Assembly: GCA_012295275.1 (NCBI GenBank)
Contig: CM022672.1
Location: forward strand, 16,678,001-16,742,000
Source of the DNA: Chrysomallon squamiferum
Lineage: Eukaryota; Animalia; Mollusca
Direction: 5' to 3'
Length of the DNA stretch: 64,000 bases
Positions 13,270 through 26,593 of this stretch are shown here, one piece after another. Positions within the stretch are counted from its first letter, which is position 1. Every line of letters starts with the position of its first letter. The position numbers and the translations under genes are program-made. The notes beneath the pieces were generated by a model. It searched no databases. It had not been told where the DNA came from and saw nothing but the letters and a program-made list of their open reading frames with translations.

Positions 13270-15958
13270 TGATACAGTTTGGTATTTTATCAGCCAAATC
13301 GTAATCCTTGATGTTCCAGATACCAGAAGTGCCACACTGAAAGAGTTGCCAGTTAGGGAAACTTCTTGGAACATCTGTTCCGTTTCAGCACATTAGTTGA
13401 CAAAATTGGCCACCAAACCACGTATCACACACCATTGCTCCATTGTCAGGAGCTCGAAGAACTGGACACTGCTTCGCCACTGAAAATATTTCATTGTTTT
13501 CCTTGTAGATTCTGTCGTATGTGGACGTATTGAATTGAAATAGAAAAGCTAATTAAAGATTTGAACAAATGAAAACTATATTTTTGGTTTACTCATTCCA
13601 AAAGATAGAATTGTCAAAATTAGAAATTATGAAGAGTAACGTCCAGAGATTGCAAAAATAACCAATATCTTGCTATTAGAACTTTTTTTTATAAAACTAA
13701 GATTAAATATTAGCAATACAACAATATTTTACTAGCCATGTACCTGTACAAGTAGGCTGTGTGTTTCCAAAGGTCCATGCACCATAAGGAGGATTTCCCA
13801 TTTTTTCGCAAGTTACGTTGGCGGTACCCACAAGCACGAAATCCTGGTCACAGAAGAAATAGCACGGAGATCCATATCTATAGCCCTGTTCACACAGGAT
13901 GCTCTGATAGGGAGTACGATACAGTGTATGACAAACTAACTCTGAAAAACAATTACACATTAAAGGAAACTCTTCTACTTTATCAGCTGATTAACCAAAG
14001 AGATAACTGTATGCGCATTATATTGACTGACGAAGTGAAGTTTTTTTACCTTTAACAACGATCTTGATCTTTAGAGGTTTTGCCTCGTTACCGGAAGAAT
14101 CAGCTGCATGAAATTCAATCAGATGAACGCCCACACTGAATGATGAACCCGACGTGTGACCTTTGACCTGCTTGGGGATGACTGTCTTTGGAGAGTTGTC
14201 GACCACCTCTGGTTTAATGAAGGTAACGCGAGTGGAGTTCGAACCGCGGTCAGCAAAAGCAGTTATTACACGTGGATATGGCACAAACTTTGGCCTCTCC
14301 ATGTCTGAAATGAAAAATAAACATGTTTATTTTCTCTTCTAAAATTAATAATAAAGATATCAATAAATCATAAGTAAAACAGTCATTTCTCATTTGTACT
14401 GTTCTCTCTCTCTCTTTCTCTTTTTTCATTGCATCTCTCTCTCTCACCTTTGCATCTGACACGTTGTCCACTCCAGCGTTTGTTTGCCTGACAAACATGG
14501 GATCGTCTCTTTCCTGGCGGGATGTCATAACCAGGTTGAGTACAACTAAACGAACAGATACTGCGAAACTTCCAATTATCTGAACACTGCAGCTCCATCC
14601 CAAACGGTGCTCTCTAATGGAGGACATTCCTTTTCTGAAATTCATTAATATTTAATTTATTTGTAAAATAAAACTCAGTATTAATACAAGTTAAATACTG
14701 ACATTTAGAGAGGTGGGACAAAATGTGATATTATTGTCTTACTTTTACAGAAGGGAAAAGGTGCTGACCACTCTCCAGTTTTAAGACATTTGATGATGTT
14801 TGTTGAACTTCCTATTAATTCGTGACCCTCATAACATCCGTACCAGCAGACACTACCAAGACGATAATCTGTGCTAAGATGACAAATTCTGTAACCGTCT
14901 GACACTTTTGGAGGAGCTGGTGCACAACGTATTACTGAAATATGATTATAAGAGAGGTGTTTAGTTTTTAATGTTTTTGTTAATTTTTAGCACTGTCCAT
15001 ATGTTTTTCGTTTTTTTTGTTGTTGCTGTTTTACTATTTTAAACATACATATATACAAACTAACAGAAATAACAACCAGTTTCATTATATAATAAAACAT
15101 CTACTTATTTTTGCAATGAGAGTATTCTGTCAGAAAAAAACAACAAAAAAACATCCAAAGCTGCGTAACAAACATGTATATTTATGTTGATAAATGACAT
15201 TATATGCTGAAAATGTTGTATTGGTAATTTTATTGTAGTTTTAGTTTTGATCATAAAAATACTTTAAGCTTTTACCATGTACATTTATTTTGAATGAGCA
15301 GGTGGCCATGTTGCCAGCACGGTCTTGTGCTGTATATCGCATAATGGTGAAAGGTTCTGAAAACAGTCTTCCTGGTGCCAGGCCATGTCGTACTGGACTA
15401 AAATACAATACTAAAATAACACGTGTCCACACAACACTCTCAATTAAACATGCTCCGATTTTTATGTGACTGAACAAAATATGATAATAATGAGACAACA
15501 TTTGAACTACTGAAAGAAATCCACTGATGGAATTTAGATATTTAAATATTTGACAGAGAATCTTCCACCGTATTATACAATCAAACAAAATACATCAAAT
15601 AAATCAGTCATAATATTAATAAAATAAAATAAAATCCAGACCCAAAAACCCTCAACATAAACATTTATAATGCAGTATTATTATATAATACCTATGCAAT
15701 CTAATGTAAGTATGAATTAAAAGTACCTAAATTACTTAAATATAAACTAGAAAAAGCAAATGAATTGTAAAAGCAATTGCATATAACTGTAAAGAGAACT
15801 TCAGTTTAATGAATGATCTTCTCTTGTATTTTCTTACATTTGTTCCTGTTTTAGAAACTATATGTTTAAAAGTGTTCTTCAAATAATATATCTCTTATTA
15901 AATTAATTTTATATATAAAATTAATTTAACAAGAGATATATTATATATATATAATTAA

Positions 15959-16010
<52 letters not shown>

Positions 16011-16349
16011 TCAATAGATTGTTTTAACGTGTATTTTAACACTTTCCTTTTAATGTTTTCCGATTCCATGAATTGTTTGGTAGAGTTACATATAACAAGT
16101 AAATTATTAAAATATCTACGTCTAAATAAATCATATGGTTGTAATATTTAAATATGTGATTTGATAATGACACTTGTGTATGAACAAAAATATATTATTT
16201 TAATTTTGTGTCTATCACTCACGTAATTCTGCCATCTCTGTTGTCATAAGCTGTTGGTTCTTTCCAACTGACTTTGGTATGAGTTTGAATGGGATCTGCA
16301 GTGACGTGAATATCAGACGGACAACCAGTGATCTGGGGTCTCTGTCGAT
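13270..16349 (-). CDS. Gene B HYR-sushi-sushi-HYR-sushi-sushi block (7 exons; contains both lesions)
   Basis: DRQRPQITGCPSDI...WKEPTAYDNRDG...YTAQDRAGNMATCSF is a HYR signature; the sushi exons carry C..P..G..C..C..G..C..W..P.C. Confidence 0.85.
15883..15944. repeat. 62-bp AT-rich palindrome with one mismatch
   Basis: ataatatatctcttattaaattaattttata|tataaaattaatttaacaagagatatattat; only pair 15897/15930 mismatches. Confidence 0.85.
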
Positions 16350-17066
16350 CTGTAAGTGATTGTGATATAACAGATATGTTATTCTTGATGCAAACTCAGT
16401 TTCTCAGCTTTTATTATAGTGTATCTAAGACAGATTAGCAACAGGTAAATTATCATACAGCTTCTAATTCTTTGAGACTCCAGTGCTGACAGGATGGTCT
16501 AGATTTAACAATAAAGACTGAAATACAAATGATATTTATTGTTTTGAAGAGAAAAAAAAACTCTGAAAAATGTGGATGTGAAATATATCATGTTAATATC
16601 GTTTTGCTTTTTGTTTTTTCAAGTTTTCTATATAATAGAAAAATAAAAACTGTAAGTGAACATTAAATCTCTTTCCCAAAATATTTGCCGTTTTCTTTTC
16701 TTTTTTTCATTTTGTGACCATTTTTATAGTTCATGGAATTCCATAAGAAACAAACCATCCAACAAACAAATAAAATAAATAAATTAGAATAAATTTATAG
16801 CAGAATGTAAAAATATAATTAGATAATGAATGTAAATCATAAAACTGATGCTAATATATGTAATTATGTCTCGACAAATACTTGGACAGTTCTCAATTGA
16901 AGCATGCTAAAACTTCTTACATCAGTGTAACGTTTAGAATGTGTTCAGTACTGTCTGTGTGCAAGTGTTGTAATCCAACTAGATTTAAAATTAGTAAAGA
17001 TCTTTCAAGATGTACTAACATGTGATTTGTACAACATTATAAAACAGCAGGAATAAAATTAATTAC

Positions 17067-17138
17067 CTGCAGGGACTCCGCATCCAAATATCCAGCAGAT
17101 TAAATCCTTACCCCATCCACGTTTACGACGACGGTGTT
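17067..17138 (-). CDS. Gene B 72-nt exon: furin site plus Trp/Cys-rich hydrophobic peptide
   Basis: tttatag|...|gtaatt, phase 1-1, encodes EHRRRKRGWGKDLICWIFGCGVPA and links the cap exon to HYR1. Confidence 0.8.
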
Positions 17139-18999
17139 CTATAAATTTGGGTTTTTTTTTTCTTCTTAGTAACTTTATGGCTGCAAGCTTGTCAGAAGCT
17201 TCAATAAATAAGAATTATATTACAGAAAATTGTAATATTGTAAATTACCACTATTGTGGCATTAAAAATACTAATAAAATACTGACTTCCAAACTGATAA
17301 ATTTATATAAAGAAATACATTTTTGCATGTGTCATATTTGTTTTGTTACCCTTAGTTATGTTTGTTTGTTCATATATATTTATTTATTCTTTTCTTTCTT
17401 TCATTTTTTTTTTTCTTTTCTCTTTATATATGTGGGTTTTTTTAAAACAAAAGTGTACTGATGGAAAAGAATCGAAAAACATTATATATATAACTGTGTG
17501 TATAGGCTATGTGTATATGTACATATACATATAGGCACGCACGTACACATACATACATAGTTACACGTATACATGCTACCATATGCTGAAAAACACATAC
17601 ACATAGACCTGTACATAAAAGAAAGTTAAGTTCTCACCCTCACAGTTTGTGTTACCGCCCTGCCACTGGCCAGAATGACATTGTTTCCACGAAGTCACTA
17701 AACTCGTCTCACACAGAAACTTACAGCTTCCTCCTTCGCTGATTTCATCAGACTCGGTAGGTTTGTTGTCAACGCGACAGTCCAGTGAGCCAGGTTCTGC
17801 TGGCAGATCTCGTGTAGAACACACGGAAGAGCACTGAAATATATAAATATTAAAATTATAAGAAGAATATAATAGAATATATTTGTTAAATAAACACATT
17901 CATGATGAAAATAAATTAAATAAAATAAACAACGAAATAAGGTTAAATCCTGAATAGAAGTAGTTTTAGAAATAATGGTAACATTTTGTATCAACCCTTC
18001 CACGTTCTGGATGGATAAAGATCTGCGGCGTCAGTTAAAAACATTCCGCGATAATTTTTCTTCATTTTGTTTTTTACCTTAAAAAAAAAAAAAAAAAAAA
18101 AAACTAGTGCCAATTTAAAAAGTCGTTAATTAAATTACAACCAATATCATACAGTATCAAATACACAACCATAACAACAATAACAATAATAATAATAAAG
18201 GTAATAACAATAATAACAGCAGTAGCAACAACAGCAATAACAACAACAATAATAATTTCAAGATTTAAAACTTTCATAGTAAAAGTGAATAACATCTTTC
18301 CATTTTTTTTTTTTTTGACTCCAAGTTTTATGTAAATGTGACAACCTGATTGGAAATAAAAAACAGATTTGTCAATAAAGTTCATTTCAGTTTCAGTTTC
18401 CAAACAATTTATTTCATTTCAAAATGGCTACGAACAAAAACTAACGCACGCTCCCGGTGACGTCATATACTTTTCTCCCTTATTCCGGTTCCCCTAAACA
18501 TCGTAAACTGTAACTATGTTAACGATAACACCATTTAGATACAACAATTTTATCCATCAGTCTGTCTAGCTGTCGCAGTTTGTTTTTTTGTTTTTATTTC
18601 TATCTACATATCTGTTTATCTACGATCTATTTAAGGTCATGGTAAGATTGTCTGATAAAAAACTATCATCCAAACTTCTCTATCATAATATCTGTATAAA
18701 ACATTTAAAAAAAAAAAAGAATTAAAAAAAAAATTCTTCTAATAGTTTTTGTTATTTTGAAACATTAAATCTCCCCATCAAAAATTTAATGTAGTCAATA
18801 ATATAAAAATAACAATACTGCATAACTGTGTATTGTGCAAAAAAGAAAAGAAAAGAAAAATCACCAAAACGTAATCTGGTCCTAATTCTCTGACATCACT
18901 AATTTTGAAAACAAATATCTAACATATAGTTCTTCGAGAAACATGAATAAAAATAATACGAGCAATATAAAATTATGACTCAACGATTACATATTCTTT

Positions 19000-19232
19000 T
19001 TACCATAAATTCGTTCGTTAATATTTAACAACTTACCGAACAAACAAATGGGTCTGTAATTCAGCATATTGTTCGTTATTCTCTAAGACAGCTGGGCAAA
19101 CTCTGAGGTATTTTTGGGGCCAGTACATGTAATAATTCATAATCTCAGAAAATTCATTATGCCAACCAATTCATTATAAGTTCAAAATCAGAGGAACACC
19201 AGTGTCGGCGTTATAAAGAGGTTTGACTACAT
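19000..19232. mobile_element. Possible Tc1/pogo-type MITE end
   Basis: Repeated (tt)cgttat/cattata motifs end in cgttataaagaggtttgactac, the reverse complement of a CAGTCAAACCTC..TATAACG-like TIR. No partner TIR was found. Confidence 0.35.
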
Positions 19233-20116
19233 ATACCTGTCTGTCTGTATTAGAAAAAACACTGACATATTTTTAGATTTAGCGGATAGGCTTTTGCAAA
19301 TTGTTATCGGATCTGATGTCGTTCAGACACATTTGAGATGGACCTATTTATTCGCCAAAAACCTAATCAAGTTGAAAATATTTGCTTCAATCGATAAACA
19401 CTCGGTAGCCGACGCAGAACAATTCATTGTCATACGGTCCATTAGAGAGATTTCAGACAGGTAAGAACGTAGCCAAAGAAGACAATAAAAATCTTATTTT
19501 GTATATTTTGACAGGCAAATATTAGTTTAACCATAATTTTACAAAATGAATATATTAGCCCAAACCGCTACTGATACTTTCAGTTAACATCAGTTTACAT
19601 TTATTTTCAATATTGTATATAAAAAGACCATACAGATCAAAATAAAGCAATGCTTAATGGGGGTTGGTCGGTTTAGAAGATATATACCTTTTTACCAAAA
19701 AGAACTTGTCATGTCAAGCAGCTTGAGTGTTTATTGCAGTATCGTTTCTTAAATTACTTACATTATTTACATTATTGTAACGGACAAATACAAACTTCTT
19801 GCCAACCACGTTTACATGCAACACTACACGTATTCAGTAGCCTACAGTGTTCTTCTTGAAAAGATGAATTATATCAAAAATAATCTACGTCCGGGTCTAC
19901 AACTTCTCAGAAACAAGACTGTACAGGTTTCGGGTTAAAACCACACCCAAACGCATACTCATTTATGAAGCAAAATGTCAGGTGAGATGACTAATATCAA
20001 GATGTGATTGTGTAAAAGATGTGATATTTAAAGTTTTTTCAAGAAAATCAACGATGCGCACGATTTTTTTTGTGTTGTTCTTGTTTTTTATATGGATTCT
20101 TTTTTATTTTGTTGTT

Positions 20117-20152
<36 letters not shown>

Positions 20153-21377
20153 GCAAAGTTAAAAATAAGTTAAATGGCTTTGTTCATTTTCTGTGGTGTA
20201 TTTTATTTATATTATCTTCTTCATTCAATATGAATAGCAAATACTCTCAAATAAGCACAAAATATGTGATTTATTTTACTATATTGGAAAGCAAATGAAA
20301 AACATTTAAATGAAAACTTAGAACACAAAAACGTATAATGAAAACAAACAAAAATGTTTATTGTCATCCGATAATTTGGTACAAACGCACATGTGTATAT
20401 TTATGTGCATATGTTTTTTCCATATAAAATGGCTCTGTTGTTCTGAAAACAGTTTTATTATTATAAAAAGTGCAACATATCCCATGAAAATAAATGTAAA
20501 CCATAATGGTCCTATCAATGTTGTATCAGTTTGAGACAATGTATTATAGAAGATATAGTCAAATAAGTACAAAATCCGAATGTACAAGCATAATCAGAGC
20601 TGCAGCCAGTAATCGGACAAACGTTAAAGATTTCCATCACGTTTTTGGCTCATATTTTCTAATTTTGTTCAGCCAATTTTCTTAGCATCTTAAAATCCAA
20701 TAGGATTAGCATTTTAGTTTGAACTCTTCTTTCCTGACTAGCTATTGCAAGCTCATTCAAATCTAATCCTGTTTCTAAGTGTTTTCAGAATTCTATATCA
20801 CAACTATTATCTTTGAAAGTAAATATAACCTTTAGCTATCTGTAAGAAACTGAATGTTGCAAAAACAATATTTTCAAAACCAAATCAGAGAGCATCTCTT
20901 GGACACCTTGAAAGCTTGCGCACGTAAAGTAGCATTATGACGTCAGCTGTATGTCTAGTTAATCAAAAACAATAAATGGATGAAAAACGGAAAGAAAATA
21001 ACCTGCTCAACTTATGCCCGGCCATGAGATTTATTTCCTACGATATTTTTTATATTCGCGCATGGGCATTTATTCCTTCCCAAATCATAAATATTGTAAT
21101 TAACCAGTGCATTGGTTTAAAGACGGACGAAAAGTTCATCATTGATAGCTCTTTTTCTTCGAAGGAAAACCCATCGACTGAAATTATTTTAGCGATTGAT
21201 AACAAAACAATTCAAGGATCTAATGTCAAATGACATAGTTCTGCATGCTTATATTCAGTATAAAGATGGGTTTCGATATAATCCCGAAAATTACAGCTAT
21301 AAGCACCAGTAGCAACCTTGAATCGCCCAATATATGTATTTTTCAACAATCTGTTCTTGTTCTAACTGGTTCTTCCA

Positions 21378-21381
<4 letters not shown>

Positions 21382-21456
<75 letters not shown>

Positions 21457-21500
21457 TACACATACACACACGCACACACACACGCACGCACAGACACACA
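21382..21500. repeat. (CT)n(CA)n microsatellite; similar tracts at 5972, 24204, 26539, 30491, 33517, 35421 and 56848, and (AAT)n tracts at 1362, 10352, 51935 and 61351
   Basis: Direct reading. Confidence 0.95.
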
Positions 21501-21525
21501 CCTTTGGAATGGTTAGATGATAGGA

Positions 21526-21833
21526 GATACAGTACGCCGCCGGTACTATGTTAGCGGCGGTCACAATCGAGGAACTATTAATAAGCCCAGAGTAAAAAAT
21601 ACGTCTTTATCGCCGTGGTTAATTTGCAAAAAAAAAACGTGCGAGACCACTGAACGTAACGCAGAAGCATACGATATCGAGTATGATGCAGTCGCAAATC
21701 AGTGATGACTGACAATCAGTGACGAAACTATGACTCGGAAACTCGATTACCGGCCTGGCTCGTTTTAATGCCGGAGGTAAAATTCCCCGAATTTAATAAG
21801 CGCCCCGGTGGTATTTCGACCCAGCACGGTATT
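21526..21833. mobile_element. CpG-rich island, possible DNA-transposon remnant
   Basis: GC/CpG-rich patch ending in aataagcgccccgg...cacggta, similar to TACCGT..GCGCTTATT pogo-like termini. Confidence 0.3.
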
Positions 21834-24200
21834 TGTATTTAGTCTATGTGACAACTCATAACTCAGTTAATTTTCACATCGTCATATGAAAATTAACGTA
21901 AATTTATCGTCAGTTAGATTTTACTAACAGGACAGACCTTGTTATAAAACAAACATGTCTAATTTATCAGGAAATAATTTGGTTTATTGTGTAAAGGTGA
22001 CCGCCTCTTTATTCACTCAAGATGAATATTTTATAATGAATTAACAGAGAGAATGAAAATTTGACCTCTCTACCAAGAAATACATTTAAAATGTCTGTTT
22101 AAACAAAATTTTGATAAATTTCATTTATGAAGATACTGTACCTGTCAGTAAAATAACATGAAGCTATCAGTAAAATAAAACATCGTTTCAGAATAAACCA
22201 GGGATAAATTAATTACCTTTTGTTAGTAATGTTCAATTAGTATTAAACATATTTTCTAGAAGATTCTTTAATCTGAAACTAATAAAAAGTTGAATATTAC
22301 GTTATTCTGTAGCAATAAATAATATATATTAAGTAATATTTTAAACTGAAAAATTAATTTTCTTTGTTCTTAAAATGTGATTTTATCAATATTTAAAAAC
22401 AGTTAGCAATGATTTTTAGCCATTTTGTGAAATACCTAGAATTTTCAGTCATTTCGTATATGATTACAAGTACTTTGCAAAATGACTGATTTGTTCAGCA
22501 ATTACTCATAATGACTGGTTTCACAGAAGGTTATATAATTATATGAAAACTAACTTTACAGTGTCGGCATGAATCTGCCGACACTTTACTCAAATAAAAA
22601 CACAAATAACAATTTATTCTTGCATTACCAAAATTTATCCTGAATTTGGAAGGGTACTTACTTCCTTCTGCCAGTCCTGCATTTTTTTCTCATATAAATG
22701 ATTACGATCTGAATAATCTGATTAATTCGTGAACTTTGGTACTTGAAATGGGATGTAAGTACAGCATATTTTGTTACAATCTACATTTAAGTTTTAGGCA
22801 ATGAATTCTGATTATATCTTGTGCTATTGAACAAAAAGAACGCTTAGGTTATTATTTTATTTTCTACATTATCGTCTTAAAGAATCTACGAAAAATCTCA
22901 TTTAAAAAAAGAAAAATAATAATAAATAACGAGTTTAAGCAGCAATGACACTTAAGTTTTATAAACTAATTATTACGAATAACAAAATTCATTCAACTGT
23001 CTTTAGGAAATTCGCGAAAACTACAAGACACACTAAAAAAAACTGCCATAGAATTGGGCTAAAGGTTTAAACACCTCCCTTTTATAATTACTGTAGCAGG
23101 AGATAAATATGTAACGCCTCCGAAAGAAATGCTAACACTATAATTATTATTTACTGAAGTCATTAGTATATAAGTAAAGGACAAATTAGATTTTTTTTTT
23201 TAAATATACTCGATGCGATAGTTAATCACCTAAAACTACAGTTTCTAAATGAACTGAAAGTTTGTAGCCGATATGTTAATGAATACGGACAAATAATTTG
23301 AGTTGTTATAATTAACTGTAAATGTTATACACTTAAAACAGTATTACTTTAAATTATACATTAGAAAACAAACATGTGCGTATAAATAATAACTCGAATG
23401 TTTAACAGAAAAATATAATGATGACGATGATGATGATATTAACGATGATGTTGATGATGATAATAATAATAATAATAACAATAATAATAATAATAATACA
23501 GTTTCTTTGGTCCAAGATTTGAAAGCATAATTGTGCTTTGTTAATTGTAACTTAAAGAGTTATTTGTCAGTTTTCAGTCAGTGATATCTGTATCAATGCC
23601 GTAGAGTAATTATTACAGCTATGTTGGTAATAGATCAAATATACATAAACAATCCCAAGATAAGTTAAATAGTAAATATTAGAGTGAAAGCATCCTTAAA
23701 TTTGTACTTTTGCTAATAATTTATTGAGCAAAAATGAATAAATAAACTAATCGAATGAATAAATGAAATTTACTACTACTACTACTACTATTACTAATAC
23801 AACAATTATTATTATTATTGTTGTTGTTGATGTTGTTGTTGTTGTTCTTCTTCTTCGTCTTGTTTAAATCAAAATAACATCTTACCTGTGCTATTCTTGT
23901 TAACTGTAGTGTGACTGTTAGAACTAAAACGGCAGTCAGCAGCCACATTGTATAACAGAGGTAAGAGTAATGTACAAACGGAGTACGATTATGAGCGCCT
24001 CAATGCAAGCATCTTCTGTATACCCTATCTAACCAGGAAGAAGGTAATTTGCCAGTAATATTATGCGAAGAGAAGGAGTCTTCCTACTGAGAGCGAAATA
24101 ACCAATTATTTTTGACATCCGGGTATATCAGTATATATTTAAATACATCAGAATAAGTTAGTTTGCATGAATCAAGAATAGAGTATCAGGGTATGTAGAC

Positions 24201-24285
<85 letters not shown>

Positions 24286-24922
24286 TCTATTTCATTATTT
24301 ACATTTACTCGTTTAAATAGACTTTATTTATTTATTTATTTTTTATTGACGATGTTACTAATTATTAGATAACTGTTGATCTGACAGTAAGTGATGGATT
24401 TATTTTTGTTCTTGTTCTTTTCAGTTATTACTTTGATCAGTTTTATTGTCATATTAATTTTATTATGTACAAACACACAAAAATGAAACATTATAAACTT
24501 AGTTTTTCTCTAGATGTTGTAGTAGTTAATATCCTACTGAAATGTTTTAAATTACTTCATAGTACTGAAAATGTTTTTAATATCTTAAGAAAATAAATAA
24601 TTCAGTAAATAATATTTGAAAATTATAATTTTTGTTTAATTTATAAAACGTCTGAATCGGTTTGTAGCCTGATTGAATAGTTATTAAATACACATCTTAC
24701 TATTATTATCTTCCGAGTTCCGGCAGGAATTAAACATTTTTATTATTCCCCGAGATTACACGTTAAAGTTCAGTTAATTTAGCGGGGTATTTTTATATCT
24801 TTATTTACTTAAATAAAAAATAAAAAATACTAATAAATAAATTAATTAATTAAACAAATAAAACAGTAAATAAGATAAAAATATATATATATATATATAT
24901 ACACATATGTACACAGCTCTCC

Positions 24923-24966
<44 letters not shown>

Positions 24967-26536
24967 ACTTCCCCAAATACATTCCGCCTTTTCGCGGCGT
25001 CTGATTACTTTGTATTGTTCAACATTTGTTTTTTGATTATAATTACTCCTGCACAGTAAGTTGGCCAAGTCAGTTGATTAAATTAATAATTAATGCGTGT
25101 ATATATGTAGAATTCTGCGTAAAACCGACATTTTTTGTTTTTACATGTCTTTCAATTAATGGTAATTATTCATTTTGCTATAATATATATGCGCATAACT
25201 GTGTAGTATATCTTTGTAGTAAAACAACGATACATACATACATTATTGATTTTACTGATACATACATACACATGCTATTATTTTATACGATATAGGCCAG
25301 AGAGGCTTAGGTGCAAATACCTTGTTTATGGGGGTTCTTAACTTTTCCCTTTTTAGATTAGTTTTTCATAATTTTGAGAGATTAGAAATAAAATTGCTAA
25401 TATTTCGACTTTTAAATATTAATAAGTTAATATTAGTTCATTATTTGATAATTTAATAAAGAAGTTGCCTCCCCCACTCTATTCTCCTTGGGCATAATTA
25501 AAATTATATTTTTTTCAGTGTACTTTCCCATTCTATCCTGCCGGTCACATCGACTTTTTCATTTTCTTTTTTTCCCCATCCAGGAAGGAAAAATGACGCT
25601 ATCCCACTGGTTTCTGTAAATAAACATATTTCTTTGTACTTTCTTTCCGCGATTATTACATACAAGATGACCTGGCACGTTGTCAAAATATATAAAGGTA
25701 ACCGCCACAGGCGATACATATAAAATTTAAAAATAAAACAGCCAAAGTGCAAAGCAACTAAAATAAAGGGACTTATACCCGGTCACACCTGCGCAGATAT
25801 CTGCCCTTTTGTTTGAAAAATGTTTTATGAAAACAAATATAAGAACAAACAATGATAATTATATAAGGGTGTTAGGTGAGTGAGAAGTTGTTTAAAAATA
25901 AAATAAAAATATTAAATTAATGTCTAGTACATGTATATTATAAAAATGGGTTTAATGTGAAAAGAATTTTAATAACATTTATCTATAGCATTAACTGGAA
26001 AAACAATATGACAAGAACATTACTGAGAAAAAGAAAAAAATATTGTATTAATTAAGTGTATTAATGCAGAAAGGATTTGTTGTTTATGCAAATCACAATG
26101 TTGTTTTGTGTGTGTCTATAATACTGAAGCAATTAGTTCGTTGTTATTATTATTATTATTAGAATGTATCTGTTACAAATTACGTTCATTTTTTATTGTC
26201 AGAACGTTCTTGTAAAATTACCCTCACAAAATATTACAGATCATATTCATTTTTACTGGCTCATTTTGACAATAATTTCATAACACTATTTTTATTAGCC
26301 ATTGAAACATATTCTAGGGATCTTTAACCTTTTCCTTTGTGTACAAATTATGTTTTAATTGTTGAATAAAGCTGGTAATTCATTATAAGACTAAAATTAT
26401 TTCACTCTAGGAAGAAAAACTAAGCTATCCCATTGACTTTTCAAAATCAAATAAGTATATTTTAATGCTTATGTTTTCACTGAAGGAATTGTTACGTTGC
26501 CAATGAAGATAATAAACAAGAACTTCGACATAAATC

Positions 26537-26593
<57 letters not shown>

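Larger units (their letters stand above)
4979..23948 (-). pseudogene. Gene B: SVEP1-like sushi/HYR/GCC/LamG/EGF/TSP1 type-I transmembrane protein, 26 exons, ~1488 aa if repaired; disrupted by one frameshift and one in-frame stop (null allele, young pseudogene or assembly error)
   Basis: Phase-consistent GT-AG exons (5'->3' on minus): 23948-23886 (signal peptide MWLLTAVLVLTVTLQLTRIAQ), 17833-17638, 17138-17067, 16349-16223, 15397-15276 (HYR), 14934-14743, 14634-14448 (sushi; 187 nt, +1 shift), 14304-14050 (HYR), 13941-13744, 13479-13270 (sushi; TGA at 13385-13387), 13139-12964, 12774-12504, 12169-12008, 11470-11309 (GCC), 11215-11005, 10777-10611, 10201-10031 (LamG-like), 9803-9573 (2 EGF), 9197-9027 (TSP1), 8830-8627 (sushi), 8384-8133, 7586-7404, 7045-6890 (GCC), 6064-6038, 5717-5627 (TM), 5189-4979 (tail, TAA). 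Confidence 0.85.

Noticed and set aside
13385-13387. TGA as selenocysteine or programmed readthrough
   Set aside because: The position aligns to a non-Cys residue (E) in gene C, no SECIS was recognised, and there is an independent upstream frameshift.
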